From NCBI GenBank assembly GCA_042408215.1, contig JAYFMW010000017.1, forward strand, positions 384,001 through 448,000: a stretch of 64,000 nucleotides of DNA. Reading direction: 5' to 3'. The translations under genes were made by a program, and so were the position numbers. Below the pieces are notes generated by a model that saw nothing but the letters and a program-made list of their open reading frames with translations, was not told where the DNA came from and searched no databases. Positions 50,733 through 60,002 of the stretch are shown piece after piece (within the stretch, counting starts at the first letter, position 1; each line of letters opens with the position of its first letter). The stretch is from Microcoleus sp. (GTDB taxonomy: Bacteria; Cyanobacteriota; Cyanobacteriia; Cyanobacteriales; Microcoleaceae).

Positions 50733-51344
50733 ATGGTAGAAATTCTGATTTGGAGTTTGATGGTTGGCAGTCTCGGCTTGGAGGCTGCGCTCGCGGGTGT
50801 ATTTGTGAGCCGGGAGCAATTGGTGACGGGGCAAAAATCTGAGGAGGAGGAGGAAGTTTTGACCAGGTATGAATCTCAAGAAGAAAATGTCTCTGCGCGA
50901 GATAAAGCGCCATTGAAGGGGAATCCTAAACCTGATAGTAACGATTCTAATTTGATGGTTTGGGAGTATAAGATTGTGCGGGCTAGTAGGGATTTATTTC
51001 GCAATCCTGCTATTTTTCATCGGCTGTGCAGAGAAGAGGCGGAAGTTGGCTGGATTTTGCTAGAAAAGCTGGATGACAGGCGGGTGCGGTTCCAGCGTGC
51101 GATCGCACAGCGGGAGACTCAGAGGTCTAATTTGCCAACCTTTGACCCTTATCGCACTCATTATGGCCCGATGTCGAATGCTATGACGTGGGCGGGGGCG
51201 ATCGTGTTTCTGAGTGCGATCGTGCTTCCTGCTGTTTTAGGCTATGCTTTGGTGTCCACTACTCTAATGAGAAGTCGGTCTAATTGGCCGCCAGCTCCTA
51301 TTCAATCTTTACCTTCTCCCTCTGGGCCGGAAACTAATAATTGA
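50733..51344 (+). CDS. Hypothetical membrane protein
   Basis: WEYKIVRA...GWILLEKLDDRRVRF; N- and C-terminal hydrophobic segments. Confidence 0.75.
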   Translation: MVEILIWSLMVGSLGLEAALAGVFVSREQLVTGQKSEEEEEVLTRYESQEENVSARDKAPLKGNPKPDSNDSNLMVWEYKIVRASRDLFRNPAIFHRLCREEAEVGWILLEKLDDRRVRFQRAIAQRETQRSNLPTFDPYRTHYGPMSNAMTWAGAIVFLSAIVLPAVLGYALVSTTLMRSRSNWPPAPIQSLPSPSGPETNN

Positions 51345-51369
51345 AATCGGCCCTTTTTGCAGTCGGTTT

Positions 51370-51498
51370 TATGGCAAGTCTAAATCATTGGTGAACTAGC
51401 TTTTTTTAAACGAACCGCGAAGCCGCGAAGGCCGCGAAGGAAGATAGGAGAAGAGCAGAGATGTCTGTGTGTTCGCTAGACTGATTTAGGCTTGCTAT
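51370..51498. mobile_element. MITE with 18-bp imperfect TIRs carrying (CCGCGAAG)n repeats
   Basis: TATGGCAAGTCTAAATCA / TGATTTAGGCTTGCTATA. Confidence 0.7.
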
Positions 51499-51514
51499 AT
51501 ATGTTAGTTCGATT

Positions 51515-52429
51515 TTAAGTTTGGGGCGGTATTTCTGAGGGAGCGGATATCAATCTCAAGTTATAATTTACATCGCCTTGAAATTGAGAAACACGCACAA
51601 AATAAGTACCCGCCGGCAAAGCTCCAGGACTGACAATCTGTTCTGAAGCCGTACCTAAATTATTAGATGAAGCAATAATATCGTCTAATCCAACTGCGCC
51701 ATTACCGTTGAGATCCTGAATTAATTCTACATCAGCATCGGCGCTCAAACCATCGAGTGTTAAGCTGAAAAGGCTCGGAGTATTCAGGATAAAACTGTAA
51801 ATGTCGGCTGGTTCATTAGCGCCCACAAAATCAGTGAAATTTTGAGCTTCTGTCAAAACTCCCAGGTTTTTAGCTCGATTTAAATTATCGTCAGGAGCGG
51901 GGATAGTGCTCAAAAGTCCTTCTGATTGACCAAATTGAATGTAATGGTCGATCGCACTTTTAACGGCTCCGTTTGTGACTGCTGACGCTACCAGCGGGTA
52001 TTTTTCTAGATAAAAACTGGGGTCGAAGAAAGCACTGGGTTTGCGGTTCTCAAATTGACCGTATTTCAGAAAGTGTTGAAAGGCTGTAACTTGATTGGTT
52101 TGGACTGCTATTTGAAGGTCTGGATTGCTGGTTATATAAAAATTAACATCAAATAAAGGGTTGGGGCTGCGAACTTCAAATTGACCGAATTTGATAAAGT
52201 GATCGGCGGCTGAAAAGCCGTTGAGTTTCGCTGATACCGCTACGTCTGTATTTGTTTCTAAATAATAGCTGGCGTCGAACAGGGGATTAGGATCGCGATT
52301 TTCAAATTTGCCAATTTTTTGGTAGTGATCGAAGGGGCTCGATACAGTCCCTCTGGCAACTGCTACGGCGACATCGGGGTTGTTTTCGAGGTAAAATTTG
52401 CTGTCGAATAGTGTTCTGAGGGTTAGCAT
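51515..52429 (-). CDS. Repeat protein (4 x FD..YYL..NPDV...H(F/Y)..FG..E.R.P) with a C-terminal pre-peptidase (PPC)-like domain
   Basis: Four ~41-aa repeats; DIYSF...LDGLSADADVEL...AGTYFVRV. Confidence 0.8.
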   Translation of the reverse strand: MLTLRTLFDSKFYLENNPDVAVAVARGTVSSPFDHYQKIGKFENRDPNPLFDASYYLETNTDVAVSAKLNGFSAADHFIKFGQFEVRSPNPLFDVNFYITSNPDLQIAVQTNQVTAFQHFLKYGQFENRKPSAFFDPSFYLEKYPLVASAVTNGAVKSAIDHYIQFGQSEGLLSTIPAPDDNLNRAKNLGVLTEAQNFTDFVGANEPADIYSFILNTPSLFSLTLDGLSADADVELIQDLNGNGAVGLDDIIASSNNLGTASEQIVSPGALPAGTYFVRVSQFQGDVNYNLRLISAPSEIPPQT

Positions 52430-52528
52430 TATTAAAAACAATCTCTCTGGACTCAGGCGGGTAAGTGCTCGATCGAGTTCAATCCAGCATACAGTTTACA
52501 TCAAAGTTTCGTGAGAGTGTCTAGAATT

Positions 52529-54220
52529 ATGGCTAAATCTGCACTGATGGCAATGCTGCGCCACGCTTCGAGCATTGCCCAGAAATCAATGGAAACGGGC
52601 ATTCCGGCTGACGAAATGCTGGGAATGATATCAGATCGCCCAGCCAATTTTCGCATATCTCGGCGCCACTTGCTGCACGGGGGTTTGGCTGCTGCGGGAG
52701 CAGTCGCTGCTGCGACTTTGACAGGGGAGGGAGAGGGGGCTTTTGCTCAACAGCAAGGTCGATCGCCCATTTTGGTTGTGGGTGGAGGGATTGCTGGTTT
52801 GACGGCGGCCTATCGCTTGCGTCAGGGGGGCGTGCGTGCCGATCTAATCGAGGCAACCAACCGCATAGGGGGGCGGATTCGCACTGTGCCAAAGGTGGCC
52901 CGAACGGAGATTTCGGCGGATGTGGGAGGAGAATTTATTGATAGCGGCCATAGTAATTTGATTTCGCTGGCGACGGAATTGGGCTTGCGGGCGATCGACT
53001 TAGCTCAAGTCCAGAGTGGATTTGTCAAGGATGCTTTTTTCTTGGAAGGACGCCGATTTTCTGTTCAGCAATTAATCGCAGATTTTGCGCCACTAGCTAG
53101 TAAGATTCAAGGAGATTTGCGGGCGGTTGGAGGTAACATTAGCTATCTTGATTTTACAGAAACAGCCGAAAAATTAGACAATATTTCAATTGCTGAATAT
53201 CTAGAAAAAGCTGAGACTAGCACGGCGATCCGACAGTTGCTCCGCATTGCTTACGTGACTGAATATGGTCGAGATGTTGAGGAACAGTCGGCCTTAAATT
53301 TGTTGTTTTTAATTGCTGCTCAAGCTGATAATTTTAGTTTGTACGGCGACAGCGATAAGCGTTATCAAATTGACGGAGGCAATAGTCAAATTGTCAACCG
53401 TTTGGCAAGTCAATTGTCGGGTTCGATCGAAGTGGGAACGGCTTTGGAAGCGATTACTATTTTGCCGGATGGGCGTTATCGAGTCAGTTTGCGATCGGGA
53501 CAAAGTACCTTCGATCGCACTTACGAGCGAGTTTTGTTAACTTTGCCCTTCAGCACTCTGCGAGAGGTTAAGATCAATGTGCCTTTACCGCAACCGAAGC
53601 GACGGGCGATCGAGCAATTGGGTTACGGTACTAATTCTAAATTAGTTACTGGCTACCGCAGCCGCATTTGGCGAGAAGTTTATCAATCCACTGCTTCTGT
53701 GTTTACAGACTTAGGATTTCAAAACACCTGGGAAGCTACACCTTTTGCTCCTACTGCTAACGGTTTAGTAACTAATTTTACCGGAGGCCAACAAGGTTTG
53801 GCAATGGGTAGCGGAGTTCCTGAAGACCAAGCACAAAGATTTTTAGGACAATTTGAAAGAGTCTTTCCCGGCGTGAAAAACTTAAGAACGGGAAAAGCTG
53901 TGCGAGCTTTTTGGCCGGGAGAACGTTTTTCAAAAGGTTCTTATGCTTGCTATTTAGTCGGACAATGGACGCAAATGTACACAGTAGAAGGCGAACAAGT
54001 TGGGAACTTATATTTTGCCGGAGAACACACTTCCCTAGAAAATCAAGGTTACATGGAAGGCGGTTGCGAAACTGGACAAAGGGCGGCTGTGGAAATTTTG
54101 CAAGATTTAGGTTTGACAGTTGCTGCTAATGCTTTGACTGCTAGAAGTGCTAGCAGTTTGAACAGTCGTCGTCCGAGTCGAAAAGTTCCGGGTGCTAAGA
54201 ATTATGGGAACGGCAATTAG
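52529..54220 (+). CDS. Flavin monoamine oxidase family protein with a Tat-like RR segment
   Basis: SRRHLL; VGGGIAGLTAA; RIGGR; LYFAGEHT...GYMEGGCETG. Confidence 0.9.
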   Translation: MAKSALMAMLRHASSIAQKSMETGIPADEMLGMISDRPANFRISRRHLLHGGLAAAGAVAAATLTGEGEGAFAQQQGRSPILVVGGGIAGLTAAYRLRQGGVRADLIEATNRIGGRIRTVPKVARTEISADVGGEFIDSGHSNLISLATELGLRAIDLAQVQSGFVKDAFFLEGRRFSVQQLIADFAPLASKIQGDLRAVGGNISYLDFTETAEKLDNISIAEYLEKAETSTAIRQLLRIAYVTEYGRDVEEQSALNLLFLIAAQADNFSLYGDSDKRYQIDGGNSQIVNRLASQLSGSIEVGTALEAITILPDGRYRVSLRSGQSTFDRTYERVLLTLPFSTLREVKINVPLPQPKRRAIEQLGYGTNSKLVTGYRSRIWREVYQSTASVFTDLGFQNTWEATPFAPTANGLVTNFTGGQQGLAMGSGVPEDQAQRFLGQFERVFPGVKNLRTGKAVRAFWPGERFSKGSYACYLVGQWTQMYTVEGEQVGNLYFAGEHTSLENQGYMEGGCETGQRAAVEILQDLGLTVAANALTARSASSLNSRRPSRKVPGAKNYGNGN

Positions 54221-54311
54221 AGGATTATAAGATAAGTGAGCAACGGCTCAAAAAACAGAAGACCCAGATCCCCGACTTCGCAGAAGTTGTCGGGTATCTC
54301 AAATAATAGCG

Positions 54312-54803
54312 TTGAAAGTAATGAAAATTTTACATTGGCTCGTGACTTTATCAATTCTACTAACAGCGCTCCTATCAGCTCGCCCTTTGCTGGCAGATAC
54401 TGCCAATCTCCTGGCCCAAAACTCCGAAATTGACGAACCGTTTTGCTACATGAAAACCCCCGACGGGAAAATAGTAAACTTGGGCAATTTGTGCGAAAAA
54501 AAACCAGGCTTAAGAAATTCTCAAACTTGTATTCCAGGTACCAACATTGCCTCCAAAGTTTCAATCACTAACGTAAATTACGACGGCAATTTTTTCAGTG
54601 GCAAAATCATCAATCAAGGCTGTAAAATTGTCAAAAATCTCAAAGTCAACTATGAAGTTTTAGACGAATCAGGGAATCTAATAGACAACGGATTTATCGA
54701 GGCTCAACCAGTTGCTATTGAACCGGGAAAGTCCGCCACCTTTCGGGGAGCAGTTGTCGCGGGGGCTCAGGTACGCGCAACTCATGCAGATGGTCAAGAA
54801 TGA
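54312..54803 (+). CDS. Exported protein with an FxLYD-like C-terminal domain
   Basis: Signal peptide; CYMKT.DG..VNL..LC; G.IIN...YEVLDESG...IEPGKSATF. Confidence 0.7.
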   Translation: MKVMKILHWLVTLSILLTALLSARPLLADTANLLAQNSEIDEPFCYMKTPDGKIVNLGNLCEKKPGLRNSQTCIPGTNIASKVSITNVNYDGNFFSGKIINQGCKIVKNLKVNYEVLDESGNLIDNGFIEAQPVAIEPGKSATFRGAVVAGAQVRATHADGQE

Positions 54804-54879
54804 TTTTTGATATTTGCCCGATCGCTGCTATCATATTCTGGCTGAGAATCTCTATGACTTACGCAATGATTTACGCAGA

Positions 54880-54961
54880 GATCCCCCTAAATCCCCCTTA
54901 AGAAGGGGGACTTTGAATCGGAATCTTGTTCCCCCCTTATTAAGGGGGGTTAGGGGGGATC
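54880..54961. repeat. C/G-rich palindromic short dispersed repeat bounded by GATC
   Basis: GATCCCCCTAAATCCCCCTTAAGAAGGGGGAC...CCCCCCTTATTAAGGGGGGTTAGGGGGGATC. Confidence 0.85.
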
Positions 54962-55019
54962 GAAGTTTGAATATGCTTGCAGAAATCCCCAAAAACAGAA
55001 CTTGCAGAGGCAAAATATC

Positions 55020-56792
55020 TTGAAAGCTCGATCGACTTATTGGCAAATCTTACCCTACCTCCAGCCGCAAAAACAAACCATTGGTAAAGCATTAGCTTGT
55101 ACCTTAGTGTTTACTGTATTTTGGCCGATAATAGCGTGGCTAGTTGGCGAAACAGCAAAATTTGTAGGTAAAGGAGATTTAAAAGGATTCGCTCAAATTG
55201 CCGCACTCAGTGCGATTATATTTCTGATTCGCGGTATAGTCCAGTACGGCCAAGATACGCTCATGGCAAAAGCTGCTTTGACTATTGCTTTAGAACTCCG
55301 AAAAAAAGTCTATACACACCTGCAACATCTAAATCTAGGCTACTTTGAAACTGCCAAAACAGGAGATTTATCCTATCGTTTAACTGAAGATATTGACCGC
55401 ATTGGCGAAGTCATAAATAAATTTTTTCATCAGTTTATTCCTTGTATTTTACAGCTAATTGTGGTAATGGGATATATGATTTATCTCAACTGGCAATTAA
55501 CTTTAGGTGCATTGATAATTGCACCGCTGATGGCAATATTAATTGGCTGGTTTGGAGAGAGATTGCTGAATTACTCACGGCTAAGTCAAAATCGCATTTC
55601 TGATTTATCAGCTTTACTGACAGAAGTATTCAGCGGCATTCGTTTAATCAAAGCGTTTGTGGCTGAAGAATACGAAATTTCCCGCTTTGCAGAAGAATCG
55701 GAACAAAACCGCCGCGCTAAGTATTTGTCAGAAAGAGTAAAAGCACTCCAGTTTGTCGTAGTTGGCTTTCTAGAAGCAATTAGCGTGATTTTGCTATTTT
55801 TCCTGGGAGGTTGGCAAATTGCTCAAGGTAATCTCACAGGGACTCAATTTATCAGTTACATAGCAGGAGTGGCGCTTTTAATCGATCCGATCGCCATTAC
55901 AACTGCTAATTACGGCGATTTCAAGCAGGGAGAAGCTTCTAGCGATCGCATTTTTGAACTATTAGCAATTCAACCAACAGTAGTCGAAAAGCCAGGGGCG
56001 ATCGAACTTCCCCACGTTACCGGAAAAGTCGAATACCGCAACATTAATTTTGCCTACCCCCCTCAACCCCCCCTCGATCGGGGGGGGCTAGGGGGGGTTC
56101 CGATTTTACAAAACATGAGTTTGCTGGCACTTCCCGGAGAAATGATCGCCCTCGTCGGCGCATCTGGTGCTGGGAAAACTACTTTAGTAAATTTGTTGCC
56201 CAGATTTTACGATCCGCAATCTGGACAGATTATGATTGACGGGATTGATATTCAAGATGTGACATTAAATACGCTGCGCCGACAAATCGGGATTGTGCCG
56301 CAAGAAACTATTTTATTTTCCGGTACAATCGCTCAAAATATTGCTTTTGGGCGATCTTATTACGAACTGAAAGATGTTCAAAAAGCGGCGGAAATTGCCA
56401 ACGCCCATCAATTTATTAGTGGGTTTCCCGACGGTTATCAAACTTGGGTTGGAGAAAGGGGCGTAAATTTATCTGGTGGCCAAAAACAAAGAATTGCGAT
56501 CGCCCGTGCAGTTTTGCTCAATCCTCGAATTTTGATTCTCGATGAAGCGACATCGGCGCTAGATTCGGAATCGGAAGCTTTGGTACAGGAAGCGTTGGAA
56601 AGATTGATGCGCGATCGGACTGTGTTTATTATCGCTCACCGCTTGGCTACTGTGCGAAAAGCCGATCGAATTTTGGTATTGGAAAAAGGGAGAATTATGG
56701 AATCGGGGACTCATGAGGAGTTGCTGGAAAAGGGCGATCGCTATGCTCGTTATTACGCTCAGCAATTTAATCAATCGGGTGTGTTAAGCTAA
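55020..56792 (+). CDS. ABC transporter ATP-binding/permease protein (MsbA-like exporter)
   Basis: TM domain; GASGAGKT, LSGGQKQR, ILDEATSALD, IAHRL; start codon uncertain (TTG 55002 or 55020). Confidence 0.93.
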   Translation: MKARSTYWQILPYLQPQKQTIGKALACTLVFTVFWPIIAWLVGETAKFVGKGDLKGFAQIAALSAIIFLIRGIVQYGQDTLMAKAALTIALELRKKVYTHLQHLNLGYFETAKTGDLSYRLTEDIDRIGEVINKFFHQFIPCILQLIVVMGYMIYLNWQLTLGALIIAPLMAILIGWFGERLLNYSRLSQNRISDLSALLTEVFSGIRLIKAFVAEEYEISRFAEESEQNRRAKYLSERVKALQFVVVGFLEAISVILLFFLGGWQIAQGNLTGTQFISYIAGVALLIDPIAITTANYGDFKQGEASSDRIFELLAIQPTVVEKPGAIELPHVTGKVEYRNINFAYPPQPPLDRGGLGGVPILQNMSLLALPGEMIALVGASGAGKTTLVNLLPRFYDPQSGQIMIDGIDIQDVTLNTLRRQIGIVPQETILFSGTIAQNIAFGRSYYELKDVQKAAEIANAHQFISGFPDGYQTWVGERGVNLSGGQKQRIAIARAVLLNPRILILDEATSALDSESEALVQEALERLMRDRTVFIIAHRLATVRKADRILVLEKGRIMESGTHEELLEKGDRYARYYAQQFNQSGVLS

Positions 56793-56800
56793 AGTGGTAA

Positions 56801-56943
56801 TACCAGTTTTTTATGAGGCTGCATAGAATCCGATCCCCCCTAACCCCCCTTAATAAGGGGGGAACAAGATTCTGCTCAAAGTCCCCCTTCTTAAGGGGGA
56901 TTTAGGGGGATCGAGATCTATGCAACGACCCATTAAATTGGTA
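56801..56943. mobile_element. MITE, TACCA...TGGTA ends, TAA target duplication
   Basis: Inverted near-copy of 46097-46260; TAA at 56798-56800 and 56944-56946. Confidence 0.85.
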
Positions 56944-56944
56944 T

Positions 56945-57105
56945 AATGTGCACACTGCACACCCGACAAGTGGAGTTTTTTTGTAGTAGTAAGGTGCACA
57001 CTGCACACCCGACTATTCGAGTTTTTGCAGAGTAGTAAGGTGCACACTGTACACCCGACTATTCGAGTTTTTGCAGAGTAGTAAGGTGCACAATGCACAC
57101 CCTAC
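56945..57105 (-). repeat. Tandem array of four REP-like units, 46-bp period
   Basis: GTGCACA at 56948, 56994, 57040 and 57086; the minus strand begins GTAG/GTCG-GGTGTGCA. Confidence 0.85.
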
Positions 57106-57794
57106 AAGTCTCGCCCCGTCACCCGCAACATCTTGTTTCCACCTTTCTGAAATTCATAAGATACCTGTTGAATTTCTACACAAAAACCTGTTTTTTCTAA
57201 CTCTTTAATTGTCGGTTCCAACCGCTCGGAAACCTCGCCAGTAAAACTCTGCAACAAAGGAAATATCCGCACTTCCTTAGCAACCCGACACATTTCAGTA
57301 ATGGCCGCGATATGAAATTCTTCGGAAAGCAGGTGAGAATAGGCAAATAAAAAATGGCTGCACAAAGCTAAATCGAACTGGCGATTAGTGAAAGGCAAAA
57401 ACGGCAATTCAGCAGTTATGTAGCGACCTTGCTGAATTCCTAGGGGAAAATCTTTGAAAAATTGCTGCATCGCCCCCATCCGTAACTCGCCTAGTTGTGA
57501 CGGCGATGTGATATTTGTCCAGACGTAGCCATCTAAATTTGCCTGAACTCCGTTAATCACAGTTTGGTAAGTTGCTTGAATGCGATCGCGAATTTCAACC
57601 GCACTAAACTGATACACTGGATCGCAAGAAATTACCTTGTTACCTCGACGAGTCATTTCAGCATTGAAGCTAGCGGGCCCACCAGCACAGTCAAGAATTT
57701 CTAACTCAAAATCAGCAGGTTTCAGATTAAACATTCCCATGTATTCATCCAAACACCGCCCCCAGGGAATTACTTGCTCTAGTTTGATTGACAC
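57102..57794 (-). CDS. SAM-dependent methyltransferase-like protein
   Basis: VIPWGR, ILDCAGGPASF, FDLALCSHFLF, EMCRVAKEVRIFPL. Confidence 0.85.
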   Translation of the reverse strand: MSIKLEQVIPWGRCLDEYMGMFNLKPADFELEILDCAGGPASFNAEMTRRGNKVISCDPVYQFSAVEIRDRIQATYQTVINGVQANLDGYVWTNITSPSQLGELRMGAMQQFFKDFPLGIQQGRYITAELPFLPFTNRQFDLALCSHFLFAYSHLLSEEFHIAAITEMCRVAKEVRIFPLLQSFTGEVSERLEPTIKELEKTGFCVEIQQVSYEFQKGGNKMLRVTGRDL

Positions 57795-57851
57795 TTGTGT
57801 TTGCCCAGCAGTTAGAATTCTTTGATATTATCAAAAAAATGAGGGTGCATA

Positions 57852-57873
57852 CTTTACAATTCCTTTACAAACC
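57852..57873. promoter_or_regulatory. 11-bp direct repeat, possible OmpR/PhoB-family regulator box
   Basis: CTTTACAATTC-CTTTACAAACC in the divergent promoter region. Confidence 0.35.
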
Positions 57874-58029
57874 GGGTGCGAGATTGCCAAGTACGATCGC
57901 ACAAATTTTACCATTCCAGCTAGAGATTTTGAATCGCGGCGAGGCTACACTTGACAACAGGGAAAACAAATTAAAATCAATTAACCAAATCGCTCTTAAT
58001 CATGGGCACGCTGCAACCAGGGAAGAAAC

Positions 58030-59910
58030 ATGAAACATACCGTTAAAACCTGCACAAGTCTGAGTTTGTCAGCACTCCTGCTACTGAGCAGTTCCCTGCC
58101 CAGTATAGCTCAGTTGCCCGTCATCAGAACTCCTGCACCCAGTCCGAACCGAAATCGGCCAAGAGTACCACCACCACCACCCCCAGGCTCCGCTCTACCC
58201 AACGGAAATTTTGGTTCACTGACACAAGAAGCAGCTTATATTTTAGGATCGGGCGATCGCATTGCTTTAGATATTTTCGGCGTTCCAGAATTTAGCAAAG
58301 AATACCAAGTATTAGTTGACGGAACGCTGAATTTACCAATCATTCGCAGTGTATCAATTCAAGGGCTGACATTGCAACAAGCCGCCAACGTCATTACCAA
58401 GCGATACGAACCCTTTATTAATGTTCCCGTTGTCACTGTAACTTTGATGGTTGCTAGACCCCTAAATATAGGAGTTGCCGGTGAAGTTACTCGACCGGGT
58501 TCCTACAAAATTAATCCCTCCAGAGAAGGAGGAGGAGTAAAATTTCCGACTTTGATGGAAATGCTGCAACTTGCAAAAGGGGTGACATCAGCAGGAGATA
58601 TGCGAACTGTCCAAATTCGCCGTCCCCGTAGAGGTGGGTCAGAGCAAGTTATTAATGTTAATTTGCAGGATTTTTTAGACACAGGAAATCTGCGGCAAGA
58701 TGTCACTATCCGAGATGGAGATACAATTTTTGTACCGACAGCAAGTGCTCTCAATACTCAAGAAGTACGTCAAAGAGCTAGTGCTAATTTTTCCGCTGAT
58801 ATTACTAAACCAATTGGTGTGGTAATTGTCGGCGAGGTAAGCAGGCCAGGGCCTTATACTGTATCTGCTTCTGATTTGCGATCGACCAACCAACAAACCG
58901 AGCTGGGTTTTGTCAGTATCGAGCAACAGCAAGGAGCAGTTGTGGGGCTACCAACCATAACTAGAGCCCTCAAAATTGCTGGCGGTATCACCACAGAAGC
59001 TGACATTCGCCGCGTGCAAATCCGCCGCCAAATCAAAGGAGGTACTGAACAAACTATCCTGGTAAATCTCTGGGATTTGCTGCAAAAAGGTGATGCTACA
59101 CAAGATGTTTTGCTCCAAGAAGGAGATAGCATTATTATCCCAACAGCAGCTAACGTAGACTTGGCTGAAGTTTCTCAAGTCGCAACTAGCAGTTTTGCTC
59201 CGAACGCAATTCAGATCAATATTGTGGGGGAAGTGATCAGACCTGGGGCTTTGCAGGTTAAACCTAGTACATCCCTCCACCAAGCTCTGCTAACCGCAGG
59301 AAGTTTCAATCAATTGCGGGCGAAAAAAGACAAAGTTGAACTGTTGCGTTTGAACCCAAACGGTACTGTTTCTCGCCGCACTATAGACGTTGATTTTGCT
59401 CAAGGGTTGAATCTAAATAATAACCCAACTCTCCGCAATAATGATGTGATTCTTGTAGCGCGATCGGGCTATACTAGAGTAGCAGATAATATCAACACTT
59501 TCTTGCAGCCAATCACAGGAGTTGCAGGTGTCATCAACACTGTTAGCGGAGTTTTTACTGGGTTTCAAACGACTATCAACGCTTTTCAGAACTTATTTTT
59601 AGGAGGAGATTTCGAGCGCAAAAATCAACTCAGACAGATTCGTCAACAAAATCAAGACAGAGAACAGCAACGTGAAGACAGACAGCTAGAAAGAGAGATA
59701 CAACGTCAAGATAGAGAACAGCAACGTGAAGACAGACTGCTACAATTAGAGCTACAACGTCAAGATAGACTACAGCAAGCAGAAGACAGAAGACTGCTAC
59801 TTGAAGACAGACAGCGGCAAATTGATGTTGAAAATCAGCGACTTCAGATTCAAAATCAGCAACTTGAGCTCCAGCAGCAGCAGCCGCAGCAAATTCAGTC
59901 TACTCCTTGA
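58030..59910 (+). CDS. Polysaccharide export protein (Wza-like, Poly_export plus SLBB domains) with a Q/R/E-rich tail
   Basis: YILGSGDRI, DGTLNLP, GLTL; three GEV.RPG SLBB repeats. Confidence 0.9.
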   Translation: MKHTVKTCTSLSLSALLLLSSSLPSIAQLPVIRTPAPSPNRNRPRVPPPPPPGSALPNGNFGSLTQEAAYILGSGDRIALDIFGVPEFSKEYQVLVDGTLNLPIIRSVSIQGLTLQQAANVITKRYEPFINVPVVTVTLMVARPLNIGVAGEVTRPGSYKINPSREGGGVKFPTLMEMLQLAKGVTSAGDMRTVQIRRPRRGGSEQVINVNLQDFLDTGNLRQDVTIRDGDTIFVPTASALNTQEVRQRASANFSADITKPIGVVIVGEVSRPGPYTVSASDLRSTNQQTELGFVSIEQQQGAVVGLPTITRALKIAGGITTEADIRRVQIRRQIKGGTEQTILVNLWDLLQKGDATQDVLLQEGDSIIIPTAANVDLAEVSQVATSSFAPNAIQINIVGEVIRPGALQVKPSTSLHQALLTAGSFNQLRAKKDKVELLRLNPNGTVSRRTIDVDFAQGLNLNNNPTLRNNDVILVARSGYTRVADNINTFLQPITGVAGVINTVSGVFTGFQTTINAFQNLFLGGDFERKNQLRQIRQQNQDREQQREDRQLEREIQRQDREQQREDRLLQLELQRQDRLQQAEDRRLLLEDRQRQIDVENQRLQIQNQQLELQQQQPQQIQSTP

Positions 59911-60002
59911 CATAGCGGTTTTCAAAGGTTATGTACAGAGTGTTGGGCCCAGCGATCGCAACCGCAACATCCGATTAAGTGAGTGTTGGGTTCTCAGGTT
60001 GC

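Noticed and set aside
56945..57105. Possible CRISPR mini-array
   Set aside because: The 46-bp period is too short, two linkers are identical, the unit begins with REP-type GTAG and no cas genes are nearby.
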